64,000 nucleotides of DNA, from assembly GCF_006345805.1 (NCBI RefSeq), contig NC_043009.1:39060001-39124000 (forward strand), in the 5' to 3' direction. Shown here one piece after another: positions 55,181 through 64,000 of this stretch. The stretch is from Octopus sinensis. Its lineage: Eukaryota. How positions within the stretch are numbered: position 1 is the first letter of the stretch; every line of letters starts with the position of its first letter. Made by a program: the position numbers and the translations under genes. Under the pieces are notes generated by a model that was not told where the DNA came from, ran no database searches, and saw only the letters and a list, made by a program, of their open reading frames with translations.

Positions 55181-57329
55181 CATATATGAATACGTGTATG
55201 TAAAATATATGTATACACAAGCATAAATATAATAATCCCAATATTATGAAAAGCAAATTAGATGTTTCTACAATGTAGATGTTAGGAAATAGAGACCAGG
55301 CATGTGGAACGAAACGATTAAAATTCAATGGAAGAAGTTACTTTGATATAAACGAAATTAAAAGAGGAAAGAAATGCACGATGAAGATAAGCAAAACAGT
55401 TTTGTACACAAATATATGCTAAACAAGCTACTGTAACTGCTCAGTCAATCATTGTGATGCTTGCGCTAATGCTTTCTGTTTCTTGCCACAGAGTCTCAAC
55501 TCGATCTATGCTTCATCCAGGAATTAGCTTCCTATTAGTAGTCTCTCAAGTTCGAGGAAAATGATATTACATAGATGATTCTTTAATAGTGATCAAAGTC
55601 TTGTGTTGTACATGGGGTCACATTCTCCATCAAATGGGCTCTGTTCATACTGTTACGTGGGGTGTCACCGCCTATTGACGAAGTATACGCATAGCAACGT
55701 GAAATGAAATGTTTTGCTCAAGAAGACCGCACATCGCCCGCTCAATGATCTCACCATCGCATGTGCAATAATCATTCGCTAGGCAACGTCTCGCATCCAA
55801 GAATACTGAATAATCAAATGGACGAACTGTAGGACAAAATGGCCCCATGAACAATAATGACATCTGTTAATAGCCATCATCCTCATCATCGTCCTTATTT
55901 CTCTACAGATGCGTCGCCCTGCATCAAAGAGTGCCGAGTGAAGTTTAGTCTGATTGGGAGATAGTTAATGAATAATTGACGGTAATTAACCTTTATGAGT
56001 GGTGTGTTCAATTCACAAATTCAGTATAATTTTTCTCCCTGTTCATTTAACCGGTAACACAATATACACAGTTTTACAGTCTTTGAAGATATAACGGCAT
56101 TTTAGAATGGTCACTGCAACATTGCTGATATATAATACCACAATAATTCATAATTATCGAAGGCAAATAAAATTAAGGAAATACGAACGATCTTTCGTAA
56201 GATTTACCATCATAACTCTGTGTGTTGCCTTCAAATTGTATTAATATTTGAAGATTGAATAGCTACAACCCATTACATAGAGAAAATGACATAACCTCCT
56301 GCAGAATCTGACAGCTCTCTTTTTAGTTAGATTTGTCCGCCTTTTTACATACTGTTAGCAATAGGTTCTTGAATATTCTACAAATCATTTGACTGAAAGA
56401 TTTAGGCTCACCAATCGAGCTGATTAACTGAACTACAAAGGAATTAGCTTAATGTCTTTCGTCCGAAGCTGCGAATACGATGATTCTAAACACTCTGTCA
56501 TCACACGCCTTTTTATATACTATCGGCAAAAATGTTCTTGAAAATTCTATAAACTATTTGACGAAATTTCAACTAATCAACTGATATGATTTGCTGAGAG
56601 AATGTCGCGTGAGGTCCGAAGCTGGAAAATATGAAATCGATGGGTTCAGTCTCGCTCTAGTAGTTATAATGTTTAATATTGTAACCTGATAATATATTTT
56701 ATAGGTAGTATTTGGGGCATAATCTTGGGCAAGACATTGAACTGCATCCGCTAGTGAAGCTTCAGCTCCGAAGTTCAAGAGTTAGGGAGAGTATGTAGTT
56801 AGCCCTTCATAACCAGCATATTTTTTTTCGCACTGGCTTGGGACATCAGTTATTTGGCAACTAAAAATAGATATAACTAAAACACATAAGAATCACACGA
56901 GCCCACAGATGCGTGTATTTATTCTGAGATCACGTACACCAGTCACTCTGGCTAATGGCTAAAAATGGCCCCTGCCTCAAGGGAAAGCTCAGGAGACCAG
57001 GGGAATAACAAGGTAAATAAATCAGCATAGGGTAACGACAAATATCAGCTGATTTTTTACTCAAGAACAAAATTTATATTTTCGAAACTTATGAAATACA
57101 TGCAACGCAACAATTGGAGAATTGTAGTAAACTGTGTCCGGAACAGGTTGACAGTCCTGATGTTGGAAAGAAATTTCAGAATGGTAAGTGGGAAAAGCTG
57201 TCTCCCAGTAAATTTGTTGAACGACAGATAAATGTAGCGAGAATTTCCCGAGTAAGTACACCTCTTCTAAGGTTGCCAATTTTCTGTTACCTCGCTAACA
57301 TTCCAATACACACATAAGCTTTGAGTCAT

Positions 57330-57690
57330 ACTTTCGCGTATACCTTTTTTTGTGCTATCTTACTGCATTCAGTCGTGATGACGAATACTTTCGTTTGCTT
57401 TCTTGCACATACTACGTTTGCTCTCAGAGTGAGCTTTGGCAATCCCAGTCTTAAACAGATTCGTTCTAATGGTGTTTTATCGAGCGGCTATAATTAGCGT
57501 TTCGGCTTCTCGTTTCAGGTTTCTGTCCGTCAGCCATAGCCAGCGTTCTTTACTTTCAGGTTTCGTCAGTTGGTTGCATGACGTGATCACCTAAAACCAT
57601 TTCTGCTCATCTTTTTGCTCTGTTGGTTTTCCTTCTGTTCTTGAATTCATCTGCTGTTTCAATAACTTTTTGAAGGTCTCTTACCGCCGA
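57330..57690 (-). pseudogene. R4/Dong-like LINE C-terminal fragment (zinc-knuckle region)
   Basis: The minus strand reads RWLWLTDRNLKREAETLIIAAR*NTIRTNLFKTGIAK..SKRSMCKKANESIRH..ECSKIAQK, homologous to the segment at 49204-49400. Confidence 0.8.
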
Positions 57691-57937
57691 TTAATATTCA
57701 TACTTTATTACATACAACATAATTTTTCATCCCACAATATATCGCAATACTAACAATATTTTCTGCCTGCGAACAAAATCTTCAGCGTGGTGGCTAAAAT
57801 GTTTCGCAACATTTTATCAACTTCGCCTTTCATCCTTGATTAAATAAGTACCAGTCACGTGCTAGTGTGTATGAACTCGACTACTCACCCCGAAAATTCA
57901 GGCCTTGTACCCATAACAGAAAGAATTATCATTATTA

Positions 57938-57976
<39 letters not shown>

Positions 57977-57977
<1 letters not shown>

Positions 57978-58444
57978 GAGTGAGAGAGCAGTTCATGCCA
58001 TCAAAGTGACACTGGGGTAAAATATACGAAGCCCAATATACCCATCATGACTACCCGTCTCATAAGGGCACACCAGGCACATGCATCACAACCATATGTG
58101 TGCGACATGGTGATCTCATATCAAGATAAACAGCACATGACCTTGCAGGTGGGGCTCAGTTAGAATTTTCTTCAGGTTGAGTAGCCCATCCCGCTCAAAT
58201 GGTCCTGAATAAGGGTTGTTTAAGGATGTTGAAAGAACCACCCATGTTTCCAGAGGTGAATTATTCAAACCCCAAAGAATCCCTCTCAACACATGGCTAT
58301 GATGCTCCCCCACTACTTCTGCTCGTGATCAGAGATGCACACATCGTCAGCCACTAAGGGACATGCTCAACTGGTTAAGCTCAAACAACTGACAAGCAAA
58401 TCTGTGGTATTGAGCAGAATATTTGCTGTAGCCCATCTTTTATA
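57977..58444 (-). mobile_element. Second copy of the (AAT)n-embedded element, ~60 bp shorter at one end
   Basis: Reverse complement of ~52815-53285, with the same terminal junction into (AAT)n. Confidence 0.75.
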
Positions 58445-58506
58445 TTATTATTATTATTATTATTATTATTATCATTATTATTATTATCATTATTATTATT
58501 AGTATT

Positions 58507-58550
<44 letters not shown>

Positions 58551-58599
58551 TATTACACAATTGCAATTGTAATAGATGTTTTATTGGTTGAACGATATT

Positions 58600-59760
58600 G
58601 CGACAGCTAGCCTGTCTTAGTTGAGTTCAAAACGAAAATTATAGAAATTCAAATCCAAAATTTGGACGAGGCAACCAGCATTCCAACGTTGATAGAATGA
58701 CAGTCTCCCATTTTCAAGTTTACAACTGGTAAAAATAAGAAAGAGAAATAAAAGGAAGAAATAAAAAGGAAAATATTTTTCATCAAACAGTTTTGTGTAA
58801 ATATGATTAAATTCTACTCTCATTTTATTCATTCCTCCAGGGCGTGATGTTAATAAATCACAAACATATTTCTCCTCATGCATTTTGAGGACTGAAAGTG
58901 TAGCAGATTCAGAATATTTTCTTAGAACATGCACATTCGAGTCTTTTTCAAAACTGCAGCCGTTTGATGTAAAATGTGCAGCAAGTTCTGTCAAACTACT
59001 GTCATTGTGTGTGACGTCATATCTGTGCCTATCGAATCTTTTGTTTAATTGTTCTGTCGTACAACCAACATCAGGTTGTGTTTCGTTCATTCTGCTACGT
59101 ACACCAAATGGAAATTTCTACACGTCCTACCTTCCGTGAAAATCATAACATTTCTGTTATGATTCCTGATGGAATCGACTTTACTCTTGTTATTTAACAA
59201 TGAACAGGGCTTACCTCTCTTGCGGCTGTTTTTCAAGGTACATCGTGCAGAAACTCCAATGTTAGTTGATGTTAGTTTTCTTGGTGTCAGAAGTAGAGGC
59301 TAATAGTTCTCTTATATTTTTCTTCCGTCTAAAGGCTACAATAGGCGGCTGAGGAAATATGTATTTAAAAAGAGGCTATTTTTCTGCATCATGCTGGTAA
59401 CCTTCATGCTACATTTTTTGAAATGCCAACGGTGCCAGTTAATCACTAAAGAAATTCTGTCACATATTGTACTTTGCTAAAATTATGCCTGAAAGTTTAA
59501 CTTTCCTTGCTAATCTTAGCTGTATCGTTAGCTATTTCCTTTAATCGTGATTCACTGTAACCGCATTTGACATAATCGTGTACAAAAACATTTGCATGTT
59601 TCCAGTAATCCCCTTTATCAGTACTAATCCGTTTTATCCTCAAAAATTGGCATTTCGGATTTAACCGAATATTATGATGTTGATGATCGGTGCGGCGGTG
59701 GATGTAAATGAGGGATGATGTGGGCTTGTAAAATAATTCTATCACTGTTCTGCTTCCAGA
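58600..59760 (-). pseudogene. Penelope-like element relic: RT C-terminal region plus GIY-YIG endonuclease
   Basis: ORF 59497-59745 (FYKPTSSLIYIH..QFLRIKRIS..KCGY) matches the PLE RT thumb. The linker is KNIRELL..RGKPCSL..TCRNFHLVYVAE. ORF 58617-59090 (VGCTTEQLNKRFDRH..LAAHF..EEKYVCDLLTSRPGGMN) matches PLE GIY-YIG. Confidence 0.85.
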
Positions 59761-60079
59761 AAACTTAACATTGTGTCCAAAAATTCAAAGCTAGTTTTTG
59801 AAAATTTGCATCACATTTTCGGTATTATATTGTTAATTAACAGCGGCAAGCAAGGATTCACTCTACTGTTTGATGTACCATGCCAGACTATTCTCCTCAC
59901 CAACAACACAGACCTTGCATCCAATTAGACCTCTACCACCACTGCTTCAAGGCTCATACAGTCAGTCAGTATCGCTTTTGGGGTGTAGTTCCTTGTTAAT
60001 TGCCATCATTTTTCTAGTTTTCTTGTCCATTTCCTCAAGCTCATTCATTATCCACCTAACAACACCTGCGCCGTATCGC

Positions 60080-60981
60080 ATTAAGGAGGTTTAGTCCGGA
60101 CCTCCAGGAGAGAGAGATAGTGAATTGAGGTCATTGAGCAGGCAACCCTGCTTCCAGAGCGACCCAGATCACGAATATTTATACTGCCTACTCTTAAACA
60201 CCTCATAATGATCAGACAGAATTTGGAGCAGACACAAAACGTATCTACTTACCACTCAGGTGTCGCTGGAAATCAGGTGGCTTAACGTTCATGATCTGTT
60301 GGGATTCCTCTGCGAACACCTTTAAAAGCTCGCCTTTAAAAGCCCTGTCAGGGCGACGAAATCGTCCTGAACGCACTCGTCTAATGTCCATGCATTACTA
60401 ACTTGTGGAGTTTTGTCGAACAGCTGATATCACGTATAGAACGGATCCAGTTACCAGCTGAGGCCATCGCGAAGATTACCCCGCCAAATTCCTTTGGTCG
60501 AGAAGGAAAGGCAGTTTTCCTCTGTCTGGTGGCTATGGGGAAAGAGATAGTGTGGTGGACATATACTTTCCTCTTCGTCCAAGCCCTTTTCGAATTTTTT
60601 AAGTCCTACTAGAAAAAGAAAGGAAGAGTAGAGCGGGAAGTTCTACCTCCCAGGAAATTTGTTAAAAGGTGTGTGCATGTGGTGAGGGTGGCCCGTGTTA
60701 ATTGGCCTACTCTGAATTTTTGTTTATAAACCGGAGGGACTGAGGATGAGAGAGGGGCAGGTTGAGGTGCATCTGGTGGTTAGGATAACCAGGTGTGGGG
60801 TTCCTCGGTTGTCGTTGTGAAGAACTCCCCAATTTTGGGGGGCTTTATTGTTTAATTGTATTGTTAATTGTCATTCTTATTTTATTGTTTACTCGATTTT
60901 AGTTCTTAAATATTAGGTGTCCCCAGTTTTGCATTGTCCTTATTTGTATTGTGTTCGGCCCTTATGGCCAATAAAGAAACG

Positions 60982-60985
<4 letters not shown>
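60080..60985 (+). pseudogene. 3' fragment of an L1/Tx1-like LINE with 3' UTR, AATAAA and (TTA)n tail
   Basis: Degenerate CCHC finger PCQGDEIVLNALV*CPCITNLWSFVEQLI..FLCLVAMGKEIVWWT. It ends in GGCCCTTATGGCCAATAAAGAAAC followed by (ATT)n. Confidence 0.7.
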
Positions 60986-61040
<55 letters not shown>

Positions 61041-61057
61041 CATTATTATTATATGCT

Positions 61058-61232
61058 AAGGCGGCGAGCTGGCAGAATCGTTACAACACTGGAGGAAATA
61101 CTTAGCGGTATTTCGCTCGTTGCTACCTTCTGAGTTCAAATTCCGCCTAGTTCAACTTTGCCTTTCATCCTTTCGGTGTTGATAAACTAAGTACCAGTTG
61201 AGTACTGGGGTCGATGTAATCGATTTAACTCC
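61058..61232 (+). mobile_element. SINE family A copy
   Basis: AAGGCGGCGAGCTGGCAGAATCGTTA..GAGTTCAAATTCCGCC..CTTTGCCTTTCATCCTTTCGG..AAGTACCAGTTGAGTACTGGGGTCGATGTAATCGA, lying between TTA tracts. Confidence 0.85.
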
Positions 61233-61247
61233 ATATGGCAAATTACA

Positions 61248-61335
<88 letters not shown>

Positions 61336-64000
61336 AATGTCTATAAAATATTTCGCCGTTTGCTCTGGCTGATGTAATCCTATGGAGAAGCATTAATCAA
61401 ACGTTGTATATCCTTTTATGGACTCATTATTAATGATTTTAACTCCGCTATTCCTGAGTCAGATGACACTATCTTTAGTAAATCTTCCGAAAATAACTTA
61501 TACAAATTTGATAATTTTTTTTCTTATTAAAATAAAATCTGTTAAAGTTGAGATTATTTTTGTACATAATGATGTTTCAAATCATTTCCACATCTATTAT
61601 CGGAAACGACATTACGCCATTTATAAAAATATGAAGTTATTTTGTCATTTACAGTGGACATTCAAATGTTTTATTTTCTTGTAGTGCATCTTGAAATAGA
61701 TTAAATAAGAATGTAATGAAATGTCCTTGAGATTTGTATTATATCATAATTGTCTTGCCTTTTCTTTTTTGTTTCTGCGTTTATGAATAGCTACATAATA
61801 ATAGTTTTAATTAATTTTGGTTATTAATATAAATATGATTTAATTTTAGCTTTTCAACCTATGATGCTGTAAGCACATTTTTTGTAATTCATACGCGTTA
61901 ATAGTTTATTAAAATCCTAAACCCTTTTTAATTATCAACATAGATTCTTAAGTCAAAATCATTATTCATATAAGTGAATCGTTTTATAAACTTTTGAGTA
62001 GACTGGCAACTACATGTCAAATGTACATTAGTACTTGTTGGGATGGATCGATGATGATCAATATTCTATGATGTACATTCCATGTAAAGCTCAACTAAGC
62101 AAGATTGGACTCGAATTCAATAACTTAAACAAATCAATTGAATAGAACTGAAACATAACAAAGCTTAACCGTCACTCACAAGCAATTGCGACCTGGCAGC
62201 TTGTACCACATTAACGCTTATTAGTGGCAACCAAAGTGTGATCCAATCAAAGAGACATACAGAAGTTTTCAGGGCAGTCACTTTGATGAACTTACAATAT
62301 GAAAGGCTTCGTACAGGCCGGTATGTGTGAGGCCATCATGTTGACTCTGTGGGCAGCAGTGGTTGACTCAAAATGGCTGTGGATCAAGAGATGTGAATTT
62401 TGGGTGGATAATGCTAGCTAGAATATTGCAAAGTGGAAACAAGCAAGGGCTTGATCAGCCTGGGCTGGATCACCTATGTGTGTGTGAAGTGGTGGGGGTG
62501 ATGTCGAAAGATCTGAAACATCTCGTAACCCCAGGAAACTTCAATAATGATGTGTTCAGGTGCACCGCAGGTGGAAAACATGCCGGTACCAGCATTAAGC
62601 CCGTACCAATTTTTCAATTGAGTAGAATGAAGCATCGTGAATCGAACTTGTAACTTTGATTGTGAGATACACAGCTGCGGCTACTAGGCTATGCGTTCTC
62701 TCATAAGAAAATCAATAAATTTTAAAATATTGTTGCAAATATCAACATGAAAATGATATGAACACCAACATGAAAAAACATAAGCTGCAGCCCATATTTC
62801 TGTCTAATTTTGTTATTTATATCCTAGTTCAAAATGAAAGACGAGTAGCCCTCACATTTTACAGGACCGTAATGACTGGCGGGAGTAAAAGTGAGAGTTA
62901 CTGACTACCTAAGACTTGGTCCTAATCTTTGCAACAGAGAGCGCTTTGCGGAAGGACAGTAAAAGCCAGATACCGTAGTTATGTCGGGCGATGGAACAGA
63001 TTACCACCCGGGAAAAGTTACAGTTCATTTAGCAGAGGTTTCAAAATATTTTCCTCGGCAAAATTTAACTTAGAAGGTTTGAGTCGATTCCAGGATAGGT
63101 TAGAAGATTCCTGTCCAAGTGGCATGGCAGTAGTATCGAACCTACAATTAGGCGATTGCGAAGTGAAGTAATTAAACACATGGCCGTGCCTGCTAATTGC
63201 TAATTGTTAATCGTTTAATGCAGCATATAATGTTGAATCATTGTTATAAGTTAAGGTTTAATGCCGTTTCCAACCGTTCCCTTTCAAACTAATGTATCCA
63301 TACTCCTTATACAAATAACATGACCCTACACTCCCTGCCTGCAGACGCAGACTGCGTCAATACACATTATTGACAGAAAGACATTTCCTTTATCGAGTTG
63401 TTCGTCAACATCTGAGACTCATTCAACCACACCTAAAAGTAGTCACTGCACGAGTCAAGAAAACAAAACCACGATACTGTATCCACCTCTCTCTCGGCAC
63501 CTAATCAGCTGTCAAAACATTCCTTAACAATTGTACAACATTATCGTACTATGTTGTGCTGAATATACATTTCGTACATAGTCATTGCTATCTATATTTA
63601 AATACACCTGAACAAAATTGCTCACATCTAGAATAGTAGACGCTATGACATGAATGCATTGAAAAATCTATTTAAATTACAACCAGATTGACAATGGTTC
63701 TCACCAATCAACACATTGTATCTCAATCGTCTTGTTCTCTCCATGCCTTTTCTACCCGCTGTTAAATGTTTGCAATCATTTTTTTTTTTTGTATTTCACT
63801 GTAACTTGCGTGGCTATCCTAAACTAACTAAATTCTCTACTTTATATATTTTTTCGCCAGTGTTTTCCGACTGACAATTTCGATTCTCTACATAATAAAT
63901 TGTTACTCCAGAACTAGTTTCAAGAAATCTGTTCCTGCGGTTGTGTAATTAAAAGAGTTCAAGTCGTTGGCTTTGTGCTAAATTTTTATCTCAATCTTGG

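Noticed and set aside
57490-57525. Hammerhead-like CTGAAACGAGAAGCCGAAACG on the minus strand
   Set aside because: It is fully explained as codons of the Dong-like ORF (NLKREAET) and has no proper stem II.
62363-62653. 96-aa ORF, possibly an RTE 3' end
   Set aside because: There is only a faint resemblance (EVVGVMSKDLKHL) and it merges into a SINE-like remnant; too weak to call.

Overview
AT-rich eukaryotic DNA with very dense (TA)n/(CA)n/(TAA)n/(ATCT)n microsatellites. It is most likely cephalopod (Octopus-like); this is inferred from the recurrent tRNA-headed SINE families and repeat landscape, not from a database search. I find no intact host gene, rRNA, tRNA gene or CRISPR array, and nearly all listed ORFs are microsatellite artefacts. 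Recognisable DNA transposons: a full-length but frameshifted IR/DR-type Tc1 (16918-18515), a deleted Tc1-like element with apparent DD36E spacing (35675-36389), and a CCGTA-ended MITE (43320-44007). Recognisable retroelements: relics of R4/Dong, L1/Tx1-like, RTE-like and Penelope-like (GIY-YIG) elements, plus many SINEs. There are also two near-identical ~0.9 and ~1.15 kb tandem duplications bounded by microsatellites. The most interesting observations are: (i) a gap-free 85-bp hairpin whose transition differences are all G.U-compatible; (ii) a set of microsatellite-embedded elements with palindromic or pseudo-LTR architecture, two carrying hammerhead-ribozyme-like cores; (iii) a SINE whose 3' tail matches the 3' end of the L1/Tx1-like LINE relics. 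All protein-family assignments are by eye from motif recall and need HMM/BLAST confirmation.
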